Positions 48,365 to 58,445 of a DNA stretch of 64,000 nt are shown here, in pieces. Position numbers and translations under genes: made by a program. The stretch is from an uncultured Candidatus Entotheonella sp. (GTDB lineage: Bacteria > Tectomicrobia > Entotheonellia > Entotheonellales > Entotheonellaceae): assembly GCA_965217185.1 (NCBI GenBank), contig OZ244252.1, positions 3,808,001 to 3,872,000 of the forward strand. The letters run 5' to 3'. The number at the start of each line of letters is the position of its first letter. Position 1 is the stretch's first letter. Below the pieces are notes generated by a model. That model saw only the letters and a program-made list of their open reading frames with translations, was not told the origin of the DNA and did not search any database.

Positions 48365-48401
48365 TCCCCTTCCCCCCTCCGCGGGGAGGGTTAGGGAGAG
48401 G
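48365..48401. repeat. CCCTCCCC/GGGAGGGTTAGGGAGAGG-type dispersed palindromic repeat
   Basis: Related copies at 58272-58311 and 63261-63301. Confidence 0.7.
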
Positions 48402-48536
48402 AGGCACTTTGGAGATTCCAATCGTGGTGTCATTTGGCGACGCCGCCAGAAACGCGAAAGGTCAGGGGCGAACCCCGACCGCACCAAGTATTCCCACCGG
48501 GCAAGAGCTTGTCAACCGGCTGAACCGCCCCGGCCG

Positions 48537-50954
48537 TCACGCCTCGTCGTGCATCCGCCAGAACGCCGCAATGTCTTGCTGAAAATCGCTCGTGACCAAC
48601 TCGCGGGGCGTTTTGGCGTACCAATGGGACGGGAACAACGACGCGTAGTTGCTGTGGGAAAACCGTTTGTCCACCAGCACGACAATGCCGACGTCCGTTT
48701 CCGAGCGAATCACCCGGCCCGCTGACTGCACCACGCGGTTCATGCCGGGGTAGAGATAGGCGTAGGCAAAGCCCTGCGTGTACTTCTCCTCGTAGTAGGC
48801 GCGAATGAGCTCCTGTTCGCCGTCGACGCGCGGTAGGCCGGGACCCACCACGATGACGCCCGACAGCATGTCGCCCGGATAATCGACGCCCTCCGCGAAA
48901 ATCCCGCCCTGCACGCCCATCAGCAGGACCGGCTCGGCGTTGGGCTGCCGCAGCCGCTGCAACACCCGCTCGCGGTCCGCCTCCGGCATCGTTCGCGCCT
49001 GCTCGATCACCCGGTGGGCCGGCACCTGCCGCATGAAGGCGCGCACCATGCGCAGGTACGCGAAGCTGGGAAAGAACACGCCGTAGTTGCCGGGTCGCTG
49101 GGCCACGACGGTCTCGATGATGTGCGCCGCCCGCGGCGCGTCCCGCTGCCGCTCCCGGTACGTGGTGGCGACGTTCGGCACAACCAGAATCCGCCGGTTG
49201 CGTTCGGGAAACGGCGACGGAAATTCCGCCGTCGTGCTGCGCGCGGGCGGCATGCCCAGCACGTCCTGGTAAAACGGGAACGGCGTCAGGGTGGCCGACA
49301 TGGCAACGACGCTGTGAAACCCCTGCAGCCGTTCGTGCAGGAAGCGGGATGCGTCCTTGCACAGGATTTTGAACGCCGCGCCCTCAGAGTGGTGCTGGTA
49401 AAGGTAGGAAAACTCGTCGCCCTCCAGGGCCAGGACGTCGCAGAAGCGCTGGAACAGGTAGTAGAACTCCTGCACCGGGTCGCCGTCCTCAGCGGTCGGC
49501 CCGGCCCGGCGGCGGTAGATGGCGTAATCGACCATCAGCCCTTCGAGGTGTCGCCGCAACTCGGCGAAGCGTTCCACAGGCGGCTCGACCCGGAGCAGCG
49601 TTGCCCCTTCGGCGGCGTCCTCGGAACTGAGCGGCAGCAGCGTGATCAGGTTGTCCAGGTCCTGGAGGAACGCCTCGAAGTCGCGGAACAGGCGCGTCGG
49701 CTGGCTGGCGCAGTGGGTCAGCAGGTGACGCAGGGCCTGTTGGCGCAGCACCGGGGAGTAATAGTCGCGGCCGCGGCTGTACAGGTTGTGGGCTTCGTCG
49801 ATGATGAGAACGCAGTCGTCGTACGGTGCGTCCTGAAAGAACCGCCTCAGGTGGGCGCCGGGGTCGAAGACGTAGTTGTAGTCGCCGATGACGACGTCCG
49901 CCTCCACGGCGGCGTCCAGGGATAGCTCAAAGGGGCAGACGCGATGCCGGAAAGCCGCGTCTGCGCACGCCGCCGGGCCGATCAACGTCAGTTCGAGAAG
50001 CGAGTCCACGACCCCGGAGCGTTCCAGCTTGCCGGCGTAATCGTGGGCAAACTCGCACACGCTCTCGTGGCAATAAAACACCTCGTTGACACAGCTCTTG
50101 GCCTTGGCCCGCAGGTGTACGGCGGTGAACGCGGCGCCGTCGACGGCGAACCGCTGCAGGGTGTCGGCGGCGAGGGTTTGCTGGGTGGTCTTGGCGGTGA
50201 CGAAAAACACCCGCAGGCCGTCGCGCAGGGCGTGCTGCAAGGCCGGATAGAGGGCTGCCACGGTTTTGCCGACACCCGTGGGCGCCGCGATGAGCGTGCA
50301 TTCGTGGTCGCGGATGGTCTTGTCCACGTGCTCGATCATCGCCGCCTGGTGCGGGCGCGCCGTGTCGAACGGAAACCGCAGCGCTTCCGGGTTGCGCCTG
50401 GCCGCCCGTGCGACGCGGGCCTCGTAGCGCGCCAGAATGCGCCGCACGGGCTCGACGATCAGCGTTTCGTCGTTTCCGGCTTCCACAGCCAGCACGGTAC
50501 AGGCGTTGTCGGTCAGGTTGATCAGCACCAGGTGGCCGTGCACCGGCCTGTCGTGCTGCCGTTGCAGCAGCGAAATATACAGGGCGAGTTGGCGCTCATA
50601 GGTGGGATAGTGCCCCAGGGCGATGGCGTCGAACTGTTCTTGCGGCACCAGCAGGCTTTTGATTTCCTCCACCACCAAGGCGTCGTCGGCCTCGTAAAGC
50701 CCGTCGAGGCGTCCGTGCACGTGCACCGTGTAGTCGTCCACCTGAAGTTGCTGCCGGAGGGTGACTTCGGCCTGATAGGCGGGCAGGCGGGATTGCTGCG
50801 CCGCCTGGTAGCGGGCATGCAGGTCTCGGCCCATCGCCGCCCGGCTGCGCAGCCGCGGCACGAGCTGCACGCTGCCGGGGAAGATCATCCCCGCGAGCAG
50901 ATCGCCGATGCTCAGCCACAGGGTGCGGGATGGGTGGTCAAATCGAATCGCCAT
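48537..50954 (-). CDS. DinG/Rad3-like Fe-S helicase with N-terminal PD-(D/E)XK nuclease
   Basis: GRLDG...EEIKS...QLALY; APTGVGKT; Cys cluster; DEAH; EGVD; QSAGRVIR. Confidence 0.88.
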   Translation of the reverse strand: MAIRFDHPSRTLWLSIGDLLAGMIFPGSVQLVPRLRSRAAMGRDLHARYQAAQQSRLPAYQAEVTLRQQLQVDDYTVHVHGRLDGLYEADDALVVEEIKSLLVPQEQFDAIALGHYPTYERQLALYISLLQRQHDRPVHGHLVLINLTDNACTVLAVEAGNDETLIVEPVRRILARYEARVARAARRNPEALRFPFDTARPHQAAMIEHVDKTIRDHECTLIAAPTGVGKTVAALYPALQHALRDGLRVFFVTAKTTQQTLAADTLQRFAVDGAAFTAVHLRAKAKSCVNEVFYCHESVCEFAHDYAGKLERSGVVDSLLELTLIGPAACADAAFRHRVCPFELSLDAAVEADVVIGDYNYVFDPGAHLRRFFQDAPYDDCVLIIDEAHNLYSRGRDYYSPVLRQQALRHLLTHCASQPTRLFRDFEAFLQDLDNLITLLPLSSEDAAEGATLLRVEPPVERFAELRRHLEGLMVDYAIYRRRAGPTAEDGDPVQEFYYLFQRFCDVLALEGDEFSYLYQHHSEGAAFKILCKDASRFLHERLQGFHSVVAMSATLTPFPFYQDVLGMPPARSTTAEFPSPFPERNRRILVVPNVATTYRERQRDAPRAAHIIETVVAQRPGNYGVFFPSFAYLRMVRAFMRQVPAHRVIEQARTMPEADRERVLQRLRQPNAEPVLLMGVQGGIFAEGVDYPGDMLSGVIVVGPGLPRVDGEQELIRAYYEEKYTQGFAYAYLYPGMNRVVQSAGRVIRSETDVGIVVLVDKRFSHSNYASLFPSHWYAKTPRELVTSDFQQDIAAFWRMHDEA

Positions 50955-51054
50955 GCGGTGGATTATAAGGTATGTGGGGGGAGCGGGAGAGGGCAGACAA
51001 AAGACGGAGATTCGCTCGATTCGCCCCAACGTCCGAGCAGTCCAGCCCCCGACG

Positions 51055-51746
51055 TCAGGCCCAAATGTCTTTCTTTGATTCCCAACGCTTCCTCACCGTG
51101 TTGAATTGATCAATTCGGTCGTGGATTTTGTCGATTTCTCTTGGATAGAATTCGCTCATCACCTCACATAGCTGCAATATCCACTTCTTCCGTGAGTAGC
51201 GATCTATCACACGGATGTCATTGGAATTCGCTATTTGGATCTGGTCCCAGCCCAGCGCACCTATGGTCAGGCATTCCCAGTCCAAAAACTCGATTGGCAA
51301 GAACAGGGCTTCCGAAACGGTGATGGCCGTGCCTTCAACTGAATACTTGATCATCATAATCGAAAAGACGTTGTTGTCAGACTCATAGAATCGAGTGAGC
51401 CGCTCTACCGACGTCAGGCTAGGCATATTGAATCGAGTGTCTTCTCCCTGTGCGTCTTAACGTCGATTACGGAGTAAATGCCCTCCTTGTCGGTAAATGC
51501 CATATCGGCCATGGCGCGGCGCGCAAAATCGCTCGAATATTCCCTGCACCAGTCCCCAAGAAAAACGCTGAACTTCTCGGCCACGAGTGACTCGAGCGCG
51601 TCACCGACAGCTCGTGGGCTGTCAGCGGTCTGTGGAGAAAGGAAGTCCTGTGAGGCATTGATGTACGCTCTGATATTCGAAGCGACCTCTTGATAATGGC
51701 CTTCGTAGTAAAAACTTGACCTCACGTGAACAGCGTCTGCTGACAT
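51055..51746 (-). pseudogene. Type II restriction endonuclease, frameshifted
   Basis: RRAMADMAF...IDVKTHRE continues as DTRFNMPSLTSVERL in another frame near 51445; adjacent to an MTase. Confidence 0.7.
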
Positions 51747-52690
51747 TCATCAATTTCCTTGCGCTGATTGGAGAGTGAGTTCCGTTCCCAAAATACGCCG
51801 TTTTCGTATCCTTGAATGGTTGCGTCAGATATTGCTGCAGCAATGCGCTTCAGCGCCCAACAAAGGTACTCTGCATTGATCTCAACCCCGCACCAGCGTC
51901 TTCGTAATTTCTCGGCTACGACCGCGGTGGTGCCGCTACCGAGGAACGGATCAAACACAAAGTCCCCCTGCCGTGAGCTCGCAAGAATCAGTTTCGCAAC
52001 CAACTTCTCTGGTTTCTGGGTGGGATGATCGGTATTTTCCGGCATCGACCAGAACGGGACCGTTATATCCGTCCAAATGTTCGACGGGTGAGTCAGCCGG
52101 TAGTTGCCTCCTTCTTCCTGCTTCCAGTCCTTTGGCTGTCCCTTGTCCCTGTATGGTGCAAGAACCTTGCGCTTCAGTTTTACCGCCTCAACGTCAAAAA
52201 AATACCGGTCCGACTTTGTGCAGAACCAAATGTCCTCCGTGTTGTTTTTCCAGTTCATCTTCGCCCCGCGTCCTTTTTCGCGCTCCCAGGTAATTCGATT
52301 TCGCACGTGAAATCTTGATTCCAGAATCGGTAAAACAAGCGTGGATGTGTTCCAATCCGAGCATGCGTAGATTGTCGCCTCTACCTTCATCAATGGATAC
52401 AACAAGTCGATGACGCCCTGGAACCACACGATGTACGCGTCCTTTTCCTTTTTCCTGAATGTATGACCGTGAAAATTCTTGGACAGATTGTATGGGGGGT
52501 CCAGAACAAGGAGGTCGACAAACGCGGTGGGGAGATACTTCGCCACTTCGAAGATATCTCCCGCCATGAGTTGGCCTTCGATGTCTGGCCGGGTAACCCT
52601 CGTTTCTACCCGCATGATGTCACGGGATAACTGGACGATTTCCTCATCCGTGCATGACAGCGTTTGATTCCTGGGGGCACGTTCTTGCAT
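51722..52690 (-). CDS. DNA methyltransferase (beta class, DPPY)
   Basis: DPPYN, HPTQKPEKL, DPFLGSGTT. Confidence 0.93.
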   Translation of the reverse strand: MQERAPRNQTLSCTDEEIVQLSRDIMRVETRVTRPDIEGQLMAGDIFEVAKYLPTAFVDLLVLDPPYNLSKNFHGHTFRKKEKDAYIVWFQGVIDLLYPLMKVEATIYACSDWNTSTLVLPILESRFHVRNRITWEREKGRGAKMNWKNNTEDIWFCTKSDRYFFDVEAVKLKRKVLAPYRDKGQPKDWKQEEGGNYRLTHPSNIWTDITVPFWSMPENTDHPTQKPEKLVAKLILASSRQGDFVFDPFLGSGTTAVVAEKLRRRWCGVEINAEYLCWALKRIAAAISDATIQGYENGVFWERNSLSNQRKEIDECQQTLFT

Positions 52691-52903
52691 GTAAATTCTC
52701 GCGTCGAGATATTGCTCAAATGATCGCAAAACAACCGAAGCCACTATGATCCAGTTCGCACTCAATTCCAATGAGACATATTCGATTGTTGCATCGTTCT
52801 TGCCGGTACGCGGATGATTGAGGGTGAGGATCACGGGTACAGTTCGAATGGAGAGACCGAGTCGGGAGCCAAGGCCGACAAGTGCAATATGTTTCCATTG
52901 CAG

Positions 52904-53150
52904 TCATGGATCAGGTTTTCCAGGTAACGGCACGCCATGCCAGACGGCGATGGCCCATACCGTCTGGTCTTGGATACGGTAGAAAAATTGGTAAAGCGTC
53001 ACGATGGCTTCTTGATAGGCGAGTTGCCGGAAGCTCCGGGGGTTTCCTATCTGATCCAGGAAATCGCTCAAGTCGACACAGAATGGCTTCTGCACGCTGT
53101 CGAAACTGCACCGCTGCAGCGGGATTGTCTCGCCGAATGTAGGCGCCAGC
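52904..53150 (-). pseudogene. RelE/ParE toxin remnant
   Basis: YIRRDNPAAA...LERFP and Y.FFYRI....VW.IAVWHG lie in different frames. Confidence 0.65.
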
Positions 53151-53295
53151 GCCGCCAGAAATTGTTGTCGTTAGGTTTGCCCCATGTTTCCACATTCGGT
53201 GTCTTGATCATAGGCCGCGGCGCCAAATTGCGGCAGCAAGGCGCCTCTGCTAGACTGCGCCCCGCTTCCGGCGTTCTGTAACCCTTTGCGGTGCT

Positions 53296-54771
53296 GTGAC
53301 AAACAGCGTAAGGCCTGCCGTGCCATCATCAATCCCGCCCCACAGCGTTCCCTCGGAAGTCAGCCAGCACTATCGCGGCTCGGCGCTCTTCGCCGACCCG
53401 GTCCATGCCTACGTGCCCTACACCGTGCCGCTTGACCTGCACGGCGGCGCGCGCGAAGTGGCGGAAAAGGACGTCATCGACACGCCGTGGGTGCAGCGCC
53501 TGCGCTACATCAACCAGTTGCAGAGCGCTCGCTGGGTCTATCCGGGGGCCGAGCACAGCCGCTTCCAGCATTCCCTCGGCGCCATGCACGTCGCCGGGCG
53601 CTTCGCCAGGCAACTCTACCCGTCCTTGCGCGCCGTTGAGCCGTCCTGCCCGTCGCTGCCGTACGTGGAGGAGGTGCTGCGCATGGGCGCCCTGCTGCAC
53701 GACGTCGGCCACGGCCCGTTCGGTCATTTCTTCGACGACAACCATCTGGCGCAATTCGGCATTGGCCACGAGGCCCTCGGCCAGCAGATCATTCTGCGCG
53801 AGTTGGCCGATTACCTGCGCGGCCTGCGGCGCGGCCCCAGCGGCGCTTTCGCGGCCGACGAGGCGCTGCAGCCGGAGCACGTCGCCTTCGTGATGCAGAA
53901 GAAGGATACCGCCGCGGACGCGCCGCGTTGGCTGCGCTACCTCAAGCCGGTGCTCGGCGGCATCTACACGGCGGACAACCTGGACTACGTGCTGCGCGAT
54001 TCGTACATGTGCGGCGTGGCCATTGGGCCTATCGACCTGGAGCGGCTGCTGCATTACAGCGTCATCACGTCGGACGGCCCGGCGCTGCACAAGTCCGGCG
54101 TCAGCGCCCTGACGATGTTCCTCAACGCGCGGCTCTACCTCTACGCCAACGTCTACTTTCACCGCACCGTGCGCGCGATCGATCTGCATCTGCGCGACGT
54201 GTTCCCCGCCACCCTGCGCCATCTGTTCCCCGACAACCCGCTCGACGACCTGCAGCGCTACGTGCGTCTCACCGATTGGTCGGTGCTGGAGGCCGTGCGC
54301 GGCTGGGTGGATGATCCGTCGCCCGACAAGCGCGCCCTCGGCCAGGAGTGGAGCCAGATTCTGGGCCGTAAGGTGAAATGGAAAATGGCCTATGACGCCA
54401 CGCTGCCCATGCGCGGCCGCGAACGCCGCACGGCGCAGAGTTTCGCACCGGAGCACCTCGTTGAACGGGTGCGAAGCGCCCTGCCGCCGGACAGCGGGGC
54501 GCTGGAATTTCAGCTCGATACCGCTGTGCAGGACCCGAGAAACCTCAACCCGCTGGCGCTCGGCGAATGGCCGATCAGCATCTATGACCCCGCCACCGGC
54601 GAGGCGCACCGTGAGCTGCTGGAGGACATCCTGGCACCCATTCCCACCGAGATGGTGCACCATCGCTTGTACACGACCGACCGGGATGCGGTGCCCATGC
54701 TTGCCCGCGCCTGCGAGTCGGTTCTGGAGTCGGAGCGCGTCGACCGCATGCCTCAGGCGGCGAGCACTTGA
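53296..54771 (+). CDS. HD-domain phosphohydrolase (SAMHD1/dNTPase-like)
   Basis: QRLRYI.Q, HSRFQHSLG, LLHDVGHGPF, DYVLRDS, VYFH. Confidence 0.9.
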   Translation: MTNSVRPAVPSSIPPHSVPSEVSQHYRGSALFADPVHAYVPYTVPLDLHGGAREVAEKDVIDTPWVQRLRYINQLQSARWVYPGAEHSRFQHSLGAMHVAGRFARQLYPSLRAVEPSCPSLPYVEEVLRMGALLHDVGHGPFGHFFDDNHLAQFGIGHEALGQQIILRELADYLRGLRRGPSGAFAADEALQPEHVAFVMQKKDTAADAPRWLRYLKPVLGGIYTADNLDYVLRDSYMCGVAIGPIDLERLLHYSVITSDGPALHKSGVSALTMFLNARLYLYANVYFHRTVRAIDLHLRDVFPATLRHLFPDNPLDDLQRYVRLTDWSVLEAVRGWVDDPSPDKRALGQEWSQILGRKVKWKMAYDATLPMRGRERRTAQSFAPEHLVERVRSALPPDSGALEFQLDTAVQDPRNLNPLALGEWPISIYDPATGEAHRELLEDILAPIPTEMVHHRLYTTDRDAVPMLARACESVLESERVDRMPQAAST

Positions 54772-54821
54772 CGCCGGCCCCGGTCCGTTTTTCGCCCTCG
54801 CCACAACACAAAGGAACCGTG

Positions 54822-55163
54822 ATGACGATGTTTACGCTGCAGGAGGCCCGCGTCCTGCTGCCGCAGGTCAAGGAAGTGACGCAGCATTACTATGATGTCG
54901 TGGAGGAAATGCGCGAGCAGCTTGAGAACCTTGAGGAGCCGCGCGACGCCAAGCGCCTCGAAGGACTCATGAATGACGAGGTTGGCAACTGGGTCAAAGC
55001 CGTCCGGAACCTCGGGGTGGAAGTCAAAGGCTTATGGGTGGCGGATTTCGATTCGGGCGACGGCTATTACTACTGCTGGAAGCTCGGCGAGGACGACATC
55101 GAACACTTCCACCGCTACGAAACGGGGTTCGCCGGGCGCCGTCCGATCTCGTTGCTGGATTAG
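54822..55163 (+). CDS. DUF2203-family protein
   Basis: FTLQEA..LLP, DF, CWKLGE.....H....GFAGR.P. Confidence 0.85.
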   Translation: MTMFTLQEARVLLPQVKEVTQHYYDVVEEMREQLENLEEPRDAKRLEGLMNDEVGNWVKAVRNLGVEVKGLWVADFDSGDGYYYCWKLGEDDIEHFHRYETGFAGRRPISLLD

Positions 55164-55167
55164 CGGC

Positions 55168-55199
55168 ATGTCGGATTACGCTCCGCTAATCCGACCTAC
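55168..55199 (-). repeat. GTAG REP element
   Basis: Reverse complement is GTAGGTCGGATTAGCGGAGCGTAATCCGACAT. Confidence 0.88.
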
Positions 55200-56211
55200 A
55201 CTTCTGCTTGCCGTCGCGCTGTTCCTGAACGGCTGCGGCGTCGGACACCTGTGGCACTTGGCGAAGGGGCAGGCGGACTTGCTGCGGCAGCGCCGCCCGG
55301 TGCAGGAGGCGCTGCAGGAAGACCAACTCAGCGACGTCCAGCGCGACAAGATTCGCCTCGTCCTCAAGGTGCGGGCGTTCGGCATCGAGCACCTTGGGCT
55401 GCACGACAGCGCCACCTACACCACTTTCGTGCACCTGGACCGGCCGTTTGTCAGCTACAATCTCACCGCCTCGCCGGTCGACGCCATCGAGCCCTACGTG
55501 TGGCGCTATCCCGTCGTCGGGCGCATGCCGTACCAGGGCTTTTTCAGCAAGAATGACGCCCTGGCCGCGCAACGCGAGTTGCAACAACGCGGCTACGACA
55601 CCTACCTGCGCGGCGTGCGCGCCTACAGCACCCTCGGCTATTTCGCCGACCCGATCCTCTCCAGCATGCTGTCCTACCCCGACGGCGCCCTGATCGAAAC
55701 CGTTCTGCACGAGATGCTGCACCAGACGGTGTGGATCAAGGGCCACGTCAGCTTCAACGAAAGCCTGGCCAGTTTCGTGGGACAGAAGGGCGCCGAGGCG
55801 TATTTGGCGCATCACGACGGTGTGGATTCCCCGGCCTATCGGGATTACCTGGACCGCCGCGCCGCCGCCGACCTCCTGCGCGCCCATCTGCAGCAACTCA
55901 TCTCCCGCCTGCAAGAACTCTATCAGGAACCGATCAGCCGAGCGGAGAAGCTGCGCCGCCGCGAAGCCCTGTTCGACGAAGCCGTCGCAACCTATCCGAC
56001 GCTCTTCCCCCGCATGAAAACCCATACCTACCGCCGATTCTTCGAAGGCCGAATCCTCAACAATGCTCTGCTGCTTTCCTTCCGCGTCTACAACCGCGAC
56101 ACGGCTTTCTTCGATGCCGCCCTCGCCCGTGCCGGCGATCTGCGCAGCGCCATCGCCTATTTCAAAACCCTGCGCGCACGTGATCTCCCCGACATGTTCC
56201 GCACGCCGTAA
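55168..56211 (+). CDS. Putative zinc aminopeptidase lipoprotein
   Basis: Lipobox LNGC, AYSTLG.F.DP, HEMLH, FNESLA. Confidence 0.85.
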   Translation: MSDYAPLIRPTLLLAVALFLNGCGVGHLWHLAKGQADLLRQRRPVQEALQEDQLSDVQRDKIRLVLKVRAFGIEHLGLHDSATYTTFVHLDRPFVSYNLTASPVDAIEPYVWRYPVVGRMPYQGFFSKNDALAAQRELQQRGYDTYLRGVRAYSTLGYFADPILSSMLSYPDGALIETVLHEMLHQTVWIKGHVSFNESLASFVGQKGAEAYLAHHDGVDSPAYRDYLDRRAAADLLRAHLQQLISRLQELYQEPISRAEKLRRREALFDEAVATYPTLFPRMKTHTYRRFFEGRILNNALLLSFRVYNRDTAFFDAALARAGDLRSAIAYFKTLRARDLPDMFRTP

Positions 56212-56264
56212 AGGCGTGTCAGTCGGATTTGCCGGGGTGGAAGCCGAAGGGTATCTAACCTACA

Positions 56265-57629
56265 ATGAGCGCCATGAGGTCATCTCCCCCGGATCCCGCC
56301 GCCGAATCGAGCTTGCAGCCCCCACAGCCCTCCCCGCCGGGCTTCCGTGATACCGCCTTCACGGAGAATCACGAGGTCGCCCTGCATCGCTGGGTGCCTT
56401 GGATTGCCGGATTCTCCGGTTCCTTTGTCGCCGGGGTGCTCGATACCGTCAGGCAGCGCGGCAAGATGCGCGTCCTGGACCCTTTCGCCGGGGTCGGCAC
56501 CACCCTCATCGAAGCCCTGAAAAAAGGCGACGACACCATCGGGTTCGAGATCAATCCCTATGTGGCGCTCGCCTGCAAGGTGAAGGCCAACGCCGGGCAC
56601 TATGACGTGGCGAACCTGGACGGCCTGATCGCCCGATTCGAGGCGTACGGCGCGGCGGAATCCTGGCTGCACACAAGGCCCGCTTCAGCACGCCCGGCGG
56701 GGTTCCGCAGCCGCTCACCGTTTTTCAGTGATACCGTGGAACGGCAGGTGTTGGCGTGCCTGGATTTTGTCGCCGCGGAAACTACGGATTGGCTGAAGGA
56801 CCTGTTCCACGTCGCCTTCGGTTCCGTGATGGTGAGCTTTTCCAACTACACATACGAGCCCAGCCTCGGCACGCGGGCCGGTGCGGGCAAACCGGACATC
56901 GCCGACGCCGACGTCTTCGACATCGTCCGGCGCAAGTTGCAGGAAATGCGGGACGATATTGTCAGGTTCCAGGGCTGGTTGGCCAAGCACCAGCCGGTTC
57001 CGCATGCCACCGTGCACCCGTTGTCCTACCTCGACCACGCCCACCGGATCGAGCCCCGCAGCATCGACGTGCTCATCACTTCGCCGCCGTACCTCAACAA
57101 CTACCACTACATCCGTAACACGCGGCCGCACCTCTTCTGGCTCGGCCTGGCGCAGGCGCCCGCCGACCTGAAGGCCATTGAGCGCCAGAGTTTCGGGCTG
57201 TTCTGGCAGACGGTGCGATCAGGTCCGCCGGTTGCTCTGCAGCCCGACCTGCCCCACTTGGCCGAGCAGATTGAGCAGCTTCGTGCCCTGCATCCCGAAA
57301 AAGGTCCTTACGGCGGCTCCGGCTGGGCCAATTATGCCGCTGCGTACTTCAACGACTGTCAGCGCTTCTGTGCCGTCACGCTGAGCCGCATGCGTCCCGG
57401 CGGCGCCGTGGTCGTCGTGATCGGCAACAACATCCTGCAGGGCATCGAGTTTCAGACGGACAGGCTGTTCGCGGAGATTGCGGAGCGGGCGGGGTTCAAG
57501 CTCGTGAAGCTGCACGAGGTGCGGAAGCGACGGACGGGGAATAGCATTGTCAATTCATCGGTGCGGATCGGATCGGCGCGTCAACGGGCACAGCTGTACG
57601 AAACCGCGGTCGAGTTGCGGGCGCCGTAG
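56265..57629 (+). CDS. DNA methyltransferase (N4-cytosine-like, SPPY)
   Basis: LDPFAGVGTT then ITSPPY. Confidence 0.9.
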   Translation: MSAMRSSPPDPAAESSLQPPQPSPPGFRDTAFTENHEVALHRWVPWIAGFSGSFVAGVLDTVRQRGKMRVLDPFAGVGTTLIEALKKGDDTIGFEINPYVALACKVKANAGHYDVANLDGLIARFEAYGAAESWLHTRPASARPAGFRSRSPFFSDTVERQVLACLDFVAAETTDWLKDLFHVAFGSVMVSFSNYTYEPSLGTRAGAGKPDIADADVFDIVRRKLQEMRDDIVRFQGWLAKHQPVPHATVHPLSYLDHAHRIEPRSIDVLITSPPYLNNYHYIRNTRPHLFWLGLAQAPADLKAIERQSFGLFWQTVRSGPPVALQPDLPHLAEQIEQLRALHPEKGPYGGSGWANYAAAYFNDCQRFCAVTLSRMRPGGAVVVVIGNNILQGIEFQTDRLFAEIAERAGFKLVKLHEVRKRRTGNSIVNSSVRIGSARQRAQLYETAVELRAP

Positions 57630-58211
57630 TCAGGCTCCACCATCCAGCAGCGACAGGACATCCTCGACGGTCTCGTCGGTCTGCAACGCCTCGGCCCATG
57701 GCCGTCCCGGATGTACGACGTCCCACCGGGGGCGCCGCATGGCGCGGCGGCCGCGACCGGGATCGTGGTTGCCGAAGCCGTCGATCACGGTGTTCCAAAC
57801 GGGCCGGAAGTGTTCGAGCAGAAACCGCTCTGCAAGGTCGATCCATACCGGAACCACGACCAGATAGCGGCACTTGAACTCGCTCAGATGCAGATTGTGG
57901 GCCTGCTCGACGGACCTGCTGTGCTGCCGCAGGCGACGGAACAACTCGCCGCTGCTCCCGTCCGCGCCGCTGCTTCTACCGCCCTTTCGTCCCCCGGCCG
58001 GCGCCGCTTTGCCGACGTAGATGGGGGTGTGGCATTCCTGAGAAGCGATCCCCTCGTAAAACGGCAGTCCGCCGAGGTAGTACAGGGCGTAAACGCCGGA
58101 GCCGGAAAACTCGATCTCCGGCGGCATGGCGACGGCTTCCGCCTCCAGCAGCGCGTTCACCACACTGCGCGCCAAGTTTACGTAGTTCAGGGGATCGTAC
58201 GCCTCCATCAT
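57630..58211 (-). CDS. Eco29kI-family GIY-YIG restriction endonuclease
   Basis: GVYALYY, PIYVGKA, RL..H, DGFGNHDPG.GR, WD..HPGRPWA. Confidence 0.9.
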   Translation of the reverse strand: MMEAYDPLNYVNLARSVVNALLEAEAVAMPPEIEFSGSGVYALYYLGGLPFYEGIASQECHTPIYVGKAAPAGGRKGGRSSGADGSSGELFRRLRQHSRSVEQAHNLHLSEFKCRYLVVVPVWIDLAERFLLEHFRPVWNTVIDGFGNHDPGRGRRAMRRPRWDVVHPGRPWAEALQTDETVEDVLSLLDGGA

Positions 58212-58271
58212 CCGTCTGAATCCTTCCCACGGACCCGTTTTGAGCTTCCCAGAGCGGTCATTCCGGGCCTT

Positions 58272-58311
58272 TCCCCCTCACCCCAACCCTCTCCCTCCAG
58301 GGGAGAGGGAG
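58272..58311. repeat. Dispersed palindromic repeat
   Basis: CCCCTCACCCCAACCCTCTCCC..GGGGAGAGGG. Confidence 0.7.
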
Positions 58312-58363
58312 TAAAACCCGCTCCGTAGGGGAAGGTTAACCACCTTCTCCGCGGAGAAGGTGG

Positions 58364-58407
58364 CCCTCTCTAGCCCTCCCCCCCTTGAGGGGGAGGGCTA
58401 GAGAGGG
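58364..58407. terminator. 19-bp perfect hairpin downstream of metK (repeat-derived, possible terminator)
   Basis: CCCTCTCTAGCCCTCCCCC-N6-GGGGGAGGGCTAGAGAGGG. Confidence 0.5.
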
Positions 58408-58445
58408 GGTGTATGGTCTGCAAGGTCATCGATGGTGACGATTCA

